NCBI GenBank assembly: GCA_951406725.2
Contig: OX597836.1
Location: forward strand, 22,072,001 to 22,136,000
Length of the DNA: 64,000 nt
Reading direction: 5' to 3'
From: Octopus vulgaris
Lineage: Eukaryota
Position numbers and translations under genes: made by a program. The notes under the pieces were generated by a model. That model saw nothing but the letters and a program-made list of their open reading frames with translations. It was not told the DNA's origin and searched no databases. Numbering within the stretch: position 1 is the stretch's first letter; the number at the start of each line of letters is the position of its first letter. Below are positions 1 to 13,968 of the stretch, one piece after another.

Positions 1-17
1 TTTATTGCTTTGTCCCA

Positions 18-428
18 GGCGCAGGAGTGGCTGTGTGGTAAGTAGCTTGCTTACCAACCACATGGTTCCTGGTTCAGTCTCACTGCGTGGCATCTTGGGC
101 AAGTGTCTTCTACTATAGCCTCGGGCCGACCAAAGCCTTGTGAGTGGATTTGGTAGACGGAAACTGAAAGAAACCCGTCGTATATGTCTATATATATATA
201 TGTGTGTGTATGTTTGTGTGTCTGTGTTTGTCCCCCTAGCATTGCTTGACAACCAATGCTGGTGTGTTTATGTTGCCGTCACTTAGCAGTTTGGCGAAAG
301 AGAGCGATAGAATAAGTACTGGGCTTACAAAGAATAAGTCCCGGGGTCGATTTGTTCGACTAAAGGCGGTGCTCCAGCATGGCTGCAATCAAATGACTGA
401 AACAAGTAAAAGAGTAAAAGCGTAAAGA
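18..428 (+). mobile_element. tRNA-derived SINE family S1 (about 400 bp, internal (TA)n(TG)n); + copies also near 1879, 29486, 33341, 36280, 38133, 44068, 61968; - copies near 25437-25835, 36980-37400, 42354-42786, 45185-45443 and many fragments
   Basis: Pol III box A tggctgtgtggt and box B ggttcagtc head; near-identical body; tail gtaaaagagtaaaaga. Confidence 0.9.
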
Positions 429-614
429 GTATGTCCGTCCATTAACAGTCTTGTCTCGAGCCTGTTTCATTTTGTTATGTTTAGGTCCCATTCCTGGCAA
501 GTTTCTTGTCAGTGCCACCAGAGTGGAAGCAATATTATCGATAATGGCTGAAATTTTGTTTGGCCCCTCTGACCAATAACTAATGAGGAGTTGGTGATCC
601 TCTGTGTTTTAATA

Positions 615-1075
615 TAATAATATAATAATAATAATAATTGTGTACAGTGCTCAGGTGCACTACAACTCATCTAAAGTGTATATATAATCAGGTGTAGTTT
701 CGGCGGATTTCGGAAAGCATGAGGGCCTTAAAGGATGCAGTGTCATGGCAGTCAACAACTGACGCAGGCAGTTTATTCCATGCTTCAGCAACTCTGAGCG
801 TGAAAAAATGTTTCCGAAAGTCATGGGAGCTGTGTTGTTTTCTGACTTTGTAGGCATGTCCACGTGTGTTAGACACATGGAGATCAAAAAGGTGTTCAGT
901 GTTGTTGTTGGTGAGGTGGTTGATAACTTTGTGGGTGTTTACCAAGTCCGTCGCCAGACGCCGGAGCTTCAGTGAATCCATGCCCAGGGAAACAAGGCGC
1001 TCAGAATATGGTAGGTGTCTGATGGAGGGTATGCGTTTGGTTGCATGTCTCTGGACAGATTCTGTCCAGCTGGGT
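615..1075 (-). mobile_element. CR1-like LINE 3' fragment
   Basis: ORF 688-981 contains SLKLRRL..DL, TRGHAYK and FFTLRVAEAWNKLP, typical of the CR1 ORF2 C-terminus; (ATT)n tail. Confidence 0.9.
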
Positions 1076-1126
1076 ATTTAGTTTATGTTTATTTGTTTAT
1101 TTACTACACATTTTCTTTAATTATAT

Positions 1127-1690
1127 CAGGTCATCCCACTACCACTCTATGTCACGCTGGTGAGACCCATATTGGAGTATGGGATTCAAGCCTCTTCTCC
1201 TTATCTCCTCAAAGACATACAGCATCTCGAAAGAGTCCAGAGGCTGGCTACCCGCATGGTTCATGGTCTCAAAAATTTGTCCTACGAAGAAAGGCTGAGG
1301 ACGCTCGACCTTTATTCTCTTGAAAAACGCCGCCACCGTGGTGATCTCATTCTCGCCCACAACATCATAAGCGGGAAGTGTAACCTCTCGAAAGAGCTGT
1401 TCTTCACTCCTGCTCCGGAGCGTCGGCTGCGGGGTCATTCCGAAAAGCTCTACCTGCGACAATTTCATCTCAATCGAAGGAGAGGAGCTTTCTCCGTCCG
1501 GGTTGCGGATCCGTGGAACAAGCTGCCAGATGAGATGGTGAAGATGCCGACGACCGCTTTGTTCAAAGCCTCCCTGGACCTCAAGTGGCCTGAACTCTTT
1601 ACATGAACACCACCCTGTACTTAACTCCATGTCCCCCTACATGGCCTTGCTATTTGCTTTTGAGCCAAATTAACTAACTAACTAACTAAG
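1127..1690 (+). mobile_element. CR1-like LINE 3' fragment (different subfamily)
   Basis: ORF 1160-1606 contains RPILEY, LERVQRLATRMV, YEERLRTLDLYSLEKRRHRGDLI, RGH and FSVRVADPWNKLP; (TAAC)n tail. Confidence 0.92.
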
Positions 1691-2306
1691 TTCTGTCTGA
1701 TTTTACCTTTTCTAAAATTGAATAGAATCTAATTGTATTTTAGAATGTCTAATGGAATTAAAAATTATTTTTATGCATTTATAGAAAGCTAGATTGTGGA
1801 AGTGAAATAGAGTGTATCTGAGAGAGAGTGGAAGTGTGTGTGAGAGAGAGCATACAATTTAGTAGCTGAAATTAGTAAGGCACAGGAGTGGCTGTGTGGT
1901 AAGTAGCTTGTTTACCAACCACATGATTCCGGGTTCAGTCCCACTGCGTGGCACCTTGGGCGAGTGTCTTCTACTATAGCCTCGGGCCGACCAAAACCTT
2001 GTGAGTGGATTTGGTAGACGGAAACTGAAAGAAGCCCGTCGTATATATGTATATATATGTATGTGCGTGTATGTTTGTGTGTCTGTGTTTGTCCCCCTAG
2101 CATTGCTTGACAACCGATGCTGGTGTGTTTATGTCCCCGTCACTTAGCAGTTTGGCAAAAGAGACCGATAGAATAAGTACTGGGCTTACAAAGAATAAGT
2201 CCCGGGGTGGAGTTAAAGGCAGTGCTCCAGCATGGCCGCAGTCAAAATGACTGAAACAAGTGAAAAAAAAAAAAGAGAGAGAGAGAAAAAAAATTAGAAT
2301 ACATAC

Positions 2307-2358
2307 CAATTTCCAACAGCTCATTGGTTAAGACCAAAGCTAAATGTGCATTTCCTTG
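2307..2358 (-). CDS. P4HA: P4HA short internal exon (TPR continuation)
   Basis: 52 nt; tttgtttctttgtag| and |gtatgt, phase 0 to 1; QGNAHLALVLTNELLEI matches the QGxxxxALxLTxxLLEL segment that follows DYLSYA in P4HA proteins. Confidence 0.9.
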
Positions 2359-4533
2359 CTACAAAGAAACAAAAACAACCAACTTTACATAAAACATCTA
2401 TACTTATAACAGAGAAGGCTGCTTATTTATTAGTTTGGACTGCGTAACTTTAAGTAAAAGAAAGCACCGTCTACAGTCTACAGTGGCAAGAAAATACTTA
2501 ATTCCAAATTTAATATCCTTTGAAGTTTCTTTTATCATTGAAGATTTCAATTATAGAAATTAGTTTTCACTACGAGGTAGCATTTTTTAACACTGCAACA
2601 TAGTTGAATGCTATCTTGTCTTTTTCCTCTCTTATACATTTGGCTCAGTGGTTAGAGCGTCGAGCTTACGATCGTGAGGTTGTGAGCTCGAATCCCGGAC
2701 CGGGCTGCGTGTTGTGTTCTCGAGCAAGGCACTTTATTTCACGTTGCTCCAGTTCAGTCAGCTGTAGAAATGAATTGCGACGTCACTGGTGCCAAGCTGT
2801 ATCGACCTTTGTCTTTCCCTTGGATAACACTGGCGGCATGGAGAGGGGAGGCTGGTATGCATGGGAAACTGCTGGCCTTCCATAAACAACCTTGCCCGGA
2901 CTTGTGTCTAGGAGGGTAACTTTCTAGGTGCAATCCCATGGTCATTCATGACCGAAGGGGGTCTTTACCCTTTACATTTAAGAGTGTAATAAGAAATCTG
3001 TTATAAATTTCCAATAGTTAATTTCTTTGCTGATATCTCTGTTCATATTATCATAGTGAAGGTGTGTGGCTTAGTGGTTAGGGTACTCAGATCACAACTG
3101 TAAGGTCATGAGTTCGCTTCCTGGTGGCACTTTGTGTTCTTGAGCAAGATTCTTTATTTAAATATTGCTCCAGTCCACTCAGCTGGCAAGAATAAGTTGT
3201 ACTTGTAATTCAAAGGGCCAGCCTTGTCACATCTTGTGTCACATTGAATCCCCCTGAGTACTACATTAAGGATACTCATGTCTGTGGAGTGCTGAGCCTC
3301 ATTTCTGTTAATCTCATGAGGAGGCTTTTTCATTGATCGAATCAACTGGAACCTATGGAGTGCTAGTTTGTGTTATTGTAGTTCATGTGATGGATGGGAA
3401 TAAATACCATGTCACACCTGTAATAGTGAGTCTCTACACAGAGGTTGTTAATACTAAAATGTTCAAATATATATATTAACAGAAAAGCAATGCAGAGCAA
3501 ATAAGATATACAGTCCCATGTATTCAAACCGATGCTAAGTTTCTCAGTAAGTTTCTTTTTCCAGTACAAACTAGGTGTGCATTCCAGTTCTCTGCTATGT
3601 CAGCTTATAAAATCTTCTCATTATATATATATATGCGTGTGTGTGTGTGTGTATGGAGGCACATGGTTAGAGCAGTGGACTCGTGGTCGAGGGAATGTGG
3701 GTTCGAATCTCAGACCGGGTAATGTGTGTGCTTATGAGCAAAACACCTAAGCCCCACGCGGCTCTGGCAGAAGGTGATGGTGAACTTCTGCTGACTGTTT
3801 CGCCACAACTTTCTTTCCCTCTTTCCTCCTGCACCTTGCAGCTCACCTGTGACGGACCTGGCGTCCCGTCCAGGTGGGGAACCTATACGCCAAGGAAGGC
3901 GAGAAACCGGCCCTTATGAGCCAGGCAAGGCTTGAGAAGGAACAAACAAACTATAATAAAACTCTTGTGTTTTTCTCTGTCACAACATATGAATGAGAAA
4001 GGAAGGGGTGATGGCAAATTGGTAGTGGGAGCATTTCAACTCTGTATGAGTGTATGTATATGTATGTCAAAGGGATGTATGTGAATATTTGTGTGAGTGT
4101 GTGTGTGTGTGTGTGCAATGGAAGTGGGATGGTTAACATTCAAAGGTGAAAAGAAAAATCAAACAGCATTTCAACTGTAAAATATGACAATTAGCTGTCA
4201 TTTTTCACAGAATGGGGCTAGCAAGGATATACATAATCAGTTGTAGGATTGTTAGAATCAATGTGCTTTAACATTCAGGACACCAGGAAAGGGTCGAGTT
4301 CGGCACATAGATATACATACGAAATTCATATGAATCTCCATATATACGTATACAGACACGTGTATATTCACGATCCAATGCAAGTTCTAGATCTGAAACA
4401 ACTGTAATGAAATCCAAACCCATTTGACTTCTATATATATATATGAGAAACTGGGGACTTTTATGTGACTAAGTTAAGTCAACATAATACCTGATTTCTT
4501 CATAAATTATAACACAATCTTTGAGTGGTTACT

Positions 4534-4900
4534 CATCATCATTTAGCGTCCGCTTTCCATGCTAGCATGGGTTGGACGGGTCAACTGGGGTCTGTGAAGC
4601 TGGAAGGCTTCGTCAGGCCCAGTCAGATCTGGCAGTGTTTCTACGGCTGGATGCCCTTCCTAACGCCAACCACTCCGCAAGTGTAGTGGGTGTTTTTTAC
4701 GTGCCACTTGCACAGGTGCCAGACAGAGCTGACGAACGGATGGTGCTTCTACGTGTCACCGGCACGGAGCCAGGCGATGCTGGCAACGGACACGAACGGA
4801 TGGTGCTTTTACGTGCCACCGACACGGGGCCAGACAGAGCTGGCAAACGGCCACGAACGGACGGTGCTTTTACGTGTCACCGGCACGGGGGCCAGCCGAG
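4534..4900 (-). mobile_element. RTE-related non-autonomous retroelement family with (GAT)n tail and internal minisatellite; copies near 24836, 28011, 37485, 43311 and in opposite orientation near 5530, 21858, 38670
   Basis: rc ggttggcgttaggaagggcatccagc..gtccaacccatgctagcatggaaagcggacg..(gat)n; repeated unit ggtgcttttacgtgccaccggcacg. Confidence 0.75.
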
Positions 4901-6763
4901 GCTGACAATTTAATTCTAAATTTATTTATTGAGCAATTGAGTGCTATAAAACAAATAAAGGATATAAAAGGAAATTAGACCTAACATATCAGAAAAATTA
5001 CATAAGATGGGAATCTGTTATGTAAATATTAGGTAGTGACTAGCAGAAAACCATCCTTCTGGAATTTGTTAAAGGAATATTTAACCCTTTAGTATTTAGA
5101 TTATTCTGCTAATTGTAATACTTATTAACTCCTATTATTTTGAATCAATCAAACATTATGTTGTCATTTTGAGATTTTGATGATGTGATTATTGTTTATG
5201 TTTAGAAGGACCTTAATGGGTAGACGGGAGGGGCCAGATTTAGCCAGTTTGAATATAAAAAGTGTGGAATATTTTGGCCATATCTGGCCAGTTTAAATGC
5301 TAGACATACCAGCATAATTTGATCTCTGCTATTTCTAGCATACAAAACAAACACATAGAAGATGGGACACCTTTGGGTTTGTTTAAAAAAAAAGAGAGAT
5401 TAAAACTGGAATAAAATAATTCTTTCTACTCTAGGTACAAGGCCTGAAATTTGGAGGGAGTGGGTAGGTTGCTTGTTGACCCTAGTACTTGACAGGTAGT
5501 TATTTCATTGATCCAAAAGGTACTTGGTGACCTTGTAGGTGATGGTGTCACATAAAAAGCACCAGTGCTGGTATTATGTAGAATGCACTGATGATAGTGT
5601 CATGTAAAAAAGCACCCAGTACATTCTGTAAAGTGGTTGGCATTAGGAAGGGCAACCAGCTGTAGAAACCATGCCAGAATAGACAATGGAGCCTGGTGCA
5701 GCCCCTGGCCTTACCAGCTCCTGTCAAACCTTCGAAACCATGCCAGTGAAGTTAACCTCAGCGGAATTTGAACTCAGAACATAAAGGCAGATAAAATGCC
5801 ACTAAGCACTTTGTCCAGCACGCTTACAATTCTACCAGCTCTCCATCATGACTGTGATAAAATAATGAAAGAAATATTTGCTGAGCAAGTGTGTACCATT
5901 AGACAAATAAAGGATACAAAGGAAAATTAAACGAAACATATCAGAAAAGTTACACAGATTGAAAATCAGATGTGTAAATAAAATTTGCCAAAATAATGTA
6001 TACACACTTTTGTGGAGGTAAGCTGGCAGAAACGTTAGCACGCCGGGCGAAATACTTAGCGGTATTTCATCTGCCACTACATTCTGAGTTTAAATTCCGC
6101 CGAGGTCGATTTTGCCCTTCATCCTTTCAGGGTCAATTAAATAAGTACCTGTTACGCACTGGGGTCGATATAATCGACTAAATCTGTTTGTCTGTCCTTG
6201 TTTGTCCCCTCTGTGTGACCCCTTGTGGGCAGTAAAGAAATAAAAAAACAATATATACATACTTCGGGAAAGGAAAAATATGTATAAATATTTTAATTCA
6301 GTTTTATTGCAATTTATTCAGTGTTATCGCAATTTGATAAAACATCAAAAGAGGTATTTATATTTATAGGGGTACTTGTACAAGTTACATATTTATACAG
6401 ATTTTTTCCTTTCATGAAGTATATATACATTTTTTTTTTGGCAGACTCTGTATTATTTAGGGACTAGCAGAAAACTGCCTGGAGGTTGGTCTTTCTGCTA
6501 GTAGAAAAGAATCAAAGAGTAACCAAATTCTTCACCTGGCAGATGTGCCAAGACACAAACACACACAAGACATGGACATAAAAAGAATAAAATGCAAAAG
6601 AAAGAAATTATTTTAAATCTTTCATTAAATTGAAAGTTCAAATTAAAATAATTATAAATAGAATTGGAATCACTTCTTTAGAATTCGTTAGTATTTTAAA
6701 ATGGCATAAAACAAAATGTCCAATGTGCTTCTGGCTTTTGAAATGAATTGGACAACAACAACA

Positions 6764-6800
<37 letters not shown>

Positions 6801-7547
6801 ACTTGGTTGTATAACTTGCTAGAAATAATAGCTAAATCCTCTTGAAATAACATCCTACTGTTTGAAGAAAATTCCAATTTGGATAATATTTATACAAGAG
6901 ATGGAATGGTCATTGTTGGAATACCTTTTGTCAGAGATCTGCTCAATTGGTGATGACTTAATGATAATCAACAATAATTATTTTTGCTTCTACATAATAA
7001 AAGTGTCAAACTGATGGACAAATAGATGAAGATATCTATCTGTCTATGCATACATACATATCATTTCATGTACTCAGTATAACGATACTAGCTACTAATA
7101 GTTACTTGCTGTGGAAACATGTGTCTAGGCAGGTTTTTATAACACGTCTTGTGTCTCCAAGCAATTTTTGGGCTCTGAGCACATGGTCTGTATAATATAT
7201 ATATATATATAGATATACACACACACACACACATATATGTAATGTCTATGTGGAAAGAGGTTGTTCTTTCCTAGGGATATTTATCCAAGTGTACACCCGT
7301 TTAGCTCTAGATCAATTAGCAATACTGGAAATTCCACATGTGCATATGTACTAGTGCTTATCATTGGTTCTTCTTGGATATTATTACTTTACACTTTTGA
7401 AATCTCAGTTGTCACTACAGATGCTTACATCTTTTCAATATAGGAGAAAAATTTCTAACAATACAAAGAAAATGGAGAATGTATACACAGAATAATCAAT
7501 ATATTTATTATTATAGTCAATTCATTTATTATAATAGTCAATTCATG

Positions 7548-7690
7548 TTACCTTCGCACGTTTCAGTTTCATTACTTAAGTCCATATTTATGCAATTAAA
7601 TTACATTATAAATTTGGAAAAGAAAAAAACCTTCATCAGGGCAAAAATTGACTGTTACTGAGGTAAAATAACAGTCAATTTTTGCCCTGA
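7548..7690 (-). mobile_element. Degenerate hammerhead-bearing element plus a 22-bp perfect hairpin
   Basis: rc TTGCC-CTGATGA-A-GGTTT...AAACT-GAAAC-GTGC-GAA-GGTAA (cleavage triplet GAA); inverted repeat 7636-7657/7669-7690. Confidence 0.55.
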
Positions 7691-8262
7691 CAAACAGGGA
7701 CAAACAAGGACAGACAAAGGGATTAAGTCGATTACATCAACCCCAGTATGTAACTGGTACTTAATTTATCGATCCCTGAAAGGGTGAAAAGCAAAGTCGA
7801 CCTCGGCAGAATTTGAACTCAGAACGTAACAGCAGGTGAAATACTGCTAAGCATTTCGCCCGGCATGCTAACATTTCTGCTAGCTCACCACTATGATGTG
7901 AGGAATCTATGGCCAGATTCCTCACACCAACCATCATCTGTTTCCAAGTAAGTATATATATAAGATACATTCAGTTGTGGAAATCAGCTGCCCTCTAAAC
8001 ACTAATGTGGTAAGAAAAATACAAGAGAAAGAGGACACCTGTGGACCATTGATAAGGAGTTTGCAAATCTAGAGTCTAAGATACAATTTCAGCTTCATAA
8101 CTTTATTATTGAAACAACAAGATACATACCAACTTGTCTGGAGCTTTAAAGTATAGCTGAATTTGGGTTCTTGGGGAGAGAATGCAAATCCTTAATTCAT
8201 ACTCTATCATGATATCAGGAACTAATAAAATCCGCAAGACCTTAAGACTTAAAAAATGGTAG

Positions 8263-8491
8263 TTAACCCTTTAGTGTTCACATTATTCTGCCAAAATTAA
8301 TGCTTTTTCAACCACATTGTTTTGAATTAATCATGTGTTATCTTGTAGCTATGAGATTTTGATGAGGTAACTGTTGATTTTTAAAATGATATTGTACGGT
8401 TAGTCTGAGAGACCAGATCTGGCCAGTTTGACCATAAAACAGGCAGAATACTTCTGGCCGAATATGGCCGGTTTAAATGCTAAAGGGTTAA
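8263..8491. mobile_element. piggyBac-type MITE (about 225 bp); other copies near 5082, 11797-12023, 12625-12851, 12855-13460, 17030-17234, 19720-19944, 22035-22262, 45990-46245
   Basis: TTAA-CCCTTTAG...CTAAAGGG-TTAA: TTAA target duplication and CCC/GGG termini; shared internal ccagatctggccagtttgaacataaaac. Confidence 0.85.
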
Positions 8492-8597
8492 AACAAGATA
8501 CTTTCCTTCGTAACCTTGCTATCAAGTAAGTGGCTGTTCAAAATTTACTATAAATTAAAAAGTTAAAGAGAACATACATACACACACACACACACAT

Positions 8598-9528
8598 GGT
8601 GGGCTTCTTTCAGTTTCTCTCATCAAATCCATTTGCAAGGCTTTGCCCAAGGTGCTGCGCAGTGGGAGTGAACCTGTAGCCTCATTTTCGGGAAGCAAGC
8701 TTCATAACTACACAGCCATGTCTGCACTCAACAACATAATGGCAGATGAAATACCTATTTCTTTACTACCTACAAGGAGCTAGACACAGAGAGGACAAAC
8801 AAGGACAGACAAACGGATTAACTCGATTATATTGACCCCAGTGCGTAACTGGTACTTAATTTATCGACCCCGAAAGGATGAAAGGCAAAGTCGACCTCGG
8901 CGGAATTTGAACTCAGAATGTAACGGCAGACGAAATACCGCTAAGCATTTCGCCCAGCGTGCTAACATTTCTGCCAGCTCACCACTATGATGTGGTGGGC
9001 TTCTTTCAGTTTCTCTCTACAAATCCATTTGCAAGGCTTTGCCCAAGGTGCTGCGCAGTGGGAGTGAACCTTTACCCTCATTTTCGGGAAGCAAGCTTCA
9101 TAACTACACAGCCATGTCTGCACTCAACAACATAATGGCAGACGAAATACCTATTTCTTTACTACCTACAAGGAGCTAGACACAGAGAGGACAAACAAGG
9201 ACAGACAAACGGATTAACTCGATTATATTGACCCCAGTGCGTAACTGGTACTTAATTTATCGACACCGAAAGGATGAAAGGCAAAGTCGACCTCGGCGGA
9301 ATTTGAACTCAGAACGTAACGGCAGACGAAATACCGCTAAGCATTTCGCCCAGCGTGCTAACATTTCTGCCAGCTCACCACTATGATGTGGTGGGCTTCT
9401 TTCAGTTTCTCTCTACAAATCCATTTGCAAGGCATTGGCCCAAGGTGCTGCGCAGTGGGAGTGAACCTGTAGCCTCATTTTCGGGAAGCAAGCTTCATAA
9501 CTACACAGCCATGTCTGCACTCAACAAC
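8598..9528. repeat. Tandem duplication, 396-bp unit, about 2.3 copies
   Basis: ggtgggcttctttcagtttctct recurs at 8598, 8994 and 9390; each unit is an S1 fragment plus an S3 SINE; copies nearly identical. Confidence 0.92.
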
Positions 9529-9981
9529 GCCTGCAACCTCATAATGAGGATGCGGTGGAGGAGGAGGAGGGGGATTTCGGTGTTAATCATATAATAGTTA
9601 ACAGATGCTCTTACACTAACTATATTGTGCCATTTCCCACAAAAACAAACATTTATTTCTTTTCTAATCTCCATATTTAAAATGTAGTTTTTTTTCCCCT
9701 CATTTCTTCTATTTGTGATTCTTTTTTTTCTGTTTTGCTTTGTTTTCACATCTTTGTCTATTTGTAATATGGTTTTTAGCAACTTGGTAATCTCTTATTC
9801 CATTATAGAGAATTAGAGATTTAACGGCAACTCAGCTGTTACTCCAGAAGAGTTCTCACCACTGCTTATTCATATATATACACACACACATATATACATA
9901 ATATATATGTGTGTGTAAATATGTATGTATATCATCATCATCATCATCATTTAATGTCCATTTTCCATGCATGCATGGGTA

Positions 9982-10021
<40 letters not shown>

Positions 10022-10509
10022 AATATGTATATATGTAGGTATATATTATATATGTATATGTATGTATACATATATGTATATATATCATCATCATCATCAT
10101 CATCATTTAATGTCTGTTGTCCATAACATGAGTTGGTTCCAGTCTTGTGGGAAAATGCCCAGCTATTGAGAAATACTGGCTTACTTGGAGACAGATGATG
10201 GTTGATGGCAGGAAAGGCACCCAGCTATAGATAAATCTTTCTTAACAAATTCAATTTGAAAGCATCATCATCATCATCACCATCACCACCACCACCACCA
10301 CCACCACCACCATTTAATGTTAGTTTTCCATGCAGGCATGAGTTGGATGGTTTGATGGATCTGACAAACTGCATGGTTGCGTGAAGGTCCATCAGCTTTG
10401 GGACAGTTTCCATCACTGGATGCCCTTCCTAATGCCAACCAGTGGGTACATAGCTACTTTTCTTGTGCCACTCGCAGCATGCTGTACTCACTTTATATGT
10501 ATGTGAGTG

Positions 10510-10540
<31 letters not shown>

Positions 10541-12245
10541 GTGTGTGTGTGTGTGTCTGTGCACACGGTCACACACACACACACACATGCATATTGAGGC
10601 AGAACCATGTGTCTACAACCGTCATCTTATCTGCAGACAGTAAGCCCATCCTTGTCCCTAATGACATGTCAGTTTTCTAGAAATCTTGAATTTGGACATT
10701 ATCCCCCATCCCATGTGGAGCTGGTTTTAAGTACCATTTAGTACATCCTCTGGAGGTGGCATTTGGTACATCCTCTACAGGTGGCGATAATTTTGATAAA
10801 TCAACAATTTATGTTGTATGGTATTTGATATACTTGTATTTGTCTACACACACATATGCATGTGTGTGTGTATTTACATACATATGTGCATGCATAAATT
10901 CATATATATATATATATATACACACATACTCACACACACACACACACATATATATAATTATGTATGTGTGTTCATTTTATACTGTAAATATAAAGGCATA
11001 CAGAAATCAGAAGTGTAATTTTTTTTTTTTTTAAATACTAGACAGAAAGAGAAAGAGAGAATCAGAAAGTAGAAACAAAAGCGAAAGGCGGACACACAAA
11101 AGGAAAGTAAAAGCTAAAAATGGTAAGGAATCAGATTATGTTTTCTGCACATGTTCTTTATAAATCATTCTTTTAATCGCTTGCAGATCTTTCTGAGAAA
11201 ATCTGTCAATAACAGACCAAATTTTCTTCCAATAATTTCAAAGAATCTCTTAAAACTAGATTATAATTTTTTTCATTCGCTTTTGAAACTTTTAGCTGCT
11301 TTTGATTGGAACTTCCTTTATCTTTTACTTGTTTCAGTCATTAGACTGTGGCCATGCTGGGGCACCACTTTGAAGAATTTTTAGTTGAATGAATAGACTT
11401 CAGTAGTTTTTCTTTTTTTTTAAACCTGGTACTTATTCTATCAATTATTTTTGCTGAACTGATAAGTTACAGAGACATAAACACATCAGCACCAGTTGTC
11501 AAGCAATGGTGAGGGAGAAACACAGACAAAAAGACACACACACACACACTTTGTATGAGTTGTTTTGCTTCCAGCAGCAAAACATACTGCTGCCATAACA
11601 TGCTCAATGCTCAGTCAGCTGTGCCAAATCATCGTGTTTCAATTCCTAAGGACCAGTGTTCTGGGGGAGAAAACAGACTGACAACAGTGATTATTGTAAG
11701 GGAATGGGTGGTGGTGGTGGAGGTGGTGAGGGATTGCAATGATACAAATCTTTATTAACAATGTATCCCAAAGCAAGCTCAGCTATAAACAATACTTTAA
11801 CCCTTTAGCGTTCAGATTATTCTATCAAACATAATGCCTATTGATTCCCATTGATTTGAATTAATCATGCATTATCCCATATCTTCAAGATCTTGATGGT
11901 GTAATTACTTAATGTAGAATAACATTGTAGGGTAGGTGTGAGAGCCTGGATCTGGTCAGTTTGAACATAAAACAGATTAACTATTTTGGCCGGATATGGC
12001 CGGTTTAAATACTAAAGGGTTAAAGCAGTCACAGGAAACCTGTGGTCTTTGAAACTTTCTGAACAGCATGCTTAATGAAAAAAAATCACCTTCCATTTTT
12101 TTCTAATAATGCAGCTCACCTGATGATAAGCTATGTCTTATGTCTCATGCAGCTCCCTTCTCAGAAAAGGTTGCCCATGCCTGTTTAAAGCTAGAGTTAA
12201 ATATTCCCCTCTTGAACAGAAAGAAGGCAGAAAGCTGTCTGCAGT

Positions 12246-12512
12246 CATCATCATCATTGTTCGACCGTGGTCGAGACAATGGAATTTACCATGCTACGCC
12301 AGACTTCACGGTCCATCATGGCATTACGGAGGTCCTGTTGCTGGATGCCTGTATCCCTGGAGATTACATCAGGGTAGGAGAGTGTGCGCCCTCTGGTATT
12401 GCGAGTAGATGGCTTCCAGAGGAGAAGAGTAGAAATTACTTCTTTTTCAGCTCTACAACAATGTCCAGCAAACTGGACTCTCCTACCTTTCACAAGAGAT
12501 GTCTGCAGTATT
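12246..12512 (-). mobile_element. RTE-clade LINE 3' fragment
   Basis: RRVQFAGHCCR..LLLWKP..RGR..MMDREVWR C-terminal motifs; (TGA)n tail. Confidence 0.8.
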
Positions 12513-12929
12513 AAGTTCCAAAAAAGGGTAAATCAACAAAACAAATGAGAGTGCGTGTACACATACACATACACAAACTCTAATACAAAAAGAAAAAAAT
12601 TGTTTTTTTGTTCAAAATGTCTGAACCCTTTAGCATTTAACATTTTAGCATTCAACTGGGCCACATTAGGCCAAAATATTTAACCTCTTTTATGTTGAAA
12701 CTGGCCAGATCTGGCCTCTCACCTCAACCCTACAATGTCATTCTAGAACTAAACTATCACATCGTTGAAATCTCAATACATGATTAATTGAAAACAACAT
12801 GAACCAACAAGCATTGCAGTTGACAGAAGAATCTAAATACTACAGGGTTAAGCCAGGAATATACGGCCAAAATATTCTATTTGTTTTATGTTCAAACTGA
12901 CCAGATCCAGTGTCTCATGTCTACCTTAT

Positions 12930-13323
12930 GGATGGATGGAAGCACTCCGTCGGTTACGACGACGAGGGTTCCGGTTGATCCGAATCAACGGAACAGCCTG
13001 CTCGTGAAATTAACGTGTAAGTGGCTGAGCACTCCACAGACACGTGTACCCATAACGTAGTTCTCGGGGATATTCAGCGTGACACAGAGAGTGACAAGGC
13101 CGGCCCTTTGAAATACAAGGTACAACAGAAACAGGAAGTAAGAGTGAGAGAAAGTTGTGGTGAAAGAGTACAGTAGGGATCACCACCATCCCCTGCCGGA
13201 GCCTCGTGGAACTTTTAGGTGTTTTCGCTCAATAAACACTCACAACGCCTGGTCTGGGAATCGAAATCGCGATCCTATGACCGCGAGTCCGCTGCCCTAA
13301 CCACTGGGCCATTGCGCCTCCAC
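12930..13323 (-). mobile_element. SINE S2 copy inserted into a piggyBac-type MITE
   Basis: Near-identical to the 15066 copy; TSD tctaccttat at 12920-12929 and 13324-13333. Confidence 0.92.
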
Positions 13324-13908
13324 TCTACCTTATAATCTCATTTTAAAACTAAACAATTATATCATTAAAATATTGAAGCTACAAGATGCCATAATTCATT
13401 CAATACAAAGTGAATAAATAAGTATTACACTTGACAAGTTCTGAATGCTAAAGAGTTAATGTGGCATAGTTCCAATTAGTTCCAATTTGCTACAACTGAA
13501 AATCAGTGGTGAAGTAATGAGGTGGAGGAAAGAAGTGTCTGATCTTTGGTAGGCATGTGGCAATCTGCAGTTTCTGCTACTTAACCATTCTGCTGCTAAG
13601 CTAACAGAAAGGACTGACAGAAGACTTGGTAGTAGTTGGTGCTACAAGCAGCTGTGATGGTTGCATCATTGTGTTCTGCGATGTTAGCAAAGTCTAGCAA
13701 CAACATACCAGACGTCTGATTGAAGTTGAACCTTGACAAATAATCACTATGAAAAGAAACCATGTAGACTGAACAAAAGTACTTAGTTTTAGCTGGCTGT
13801 ACTACTGAATTACTGCACACATCCTCTGTATGTGTGCTCGCATGCATCATGTATGTATGTATCTACCTACCTATTAGTCTATCTATGTTCACATGCATCT
13901 ATCTGTAT

Positions 13909-13962
<54 letters not shown>

Positions 13963-13968
<6 letters not shown>

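Noticed and set aside
2638-2705. tRNA-like sequence with A and B boxes
   Set aside because: Continues into a SINE body; a SINE head, not a tRNA gene. The same applies to the other SINE heads
4690-4900. Repeat-spacer-like array
   Set aside because: Degenerate minisatellite internal to a retroelement family in a eukaryote; spacers are related and there are no cas genes, so it is not CRISPR
8486-8520. Minus-strand ag|QGYEGKYLVLT resembling a duplicate of the QGNAHLALVLT exon
   Set aside because: The match relies on the TTAA-CCC end of a MITE; the frame stops with or without the MITE, and there is no donor or good pyrimidine tract
12119-12179. 61-nt ag/gt-bounded segment on the minus strand
   Set aside because: In-frame stop; begins with a hAT-TIR-like sequence; no support as a real exon
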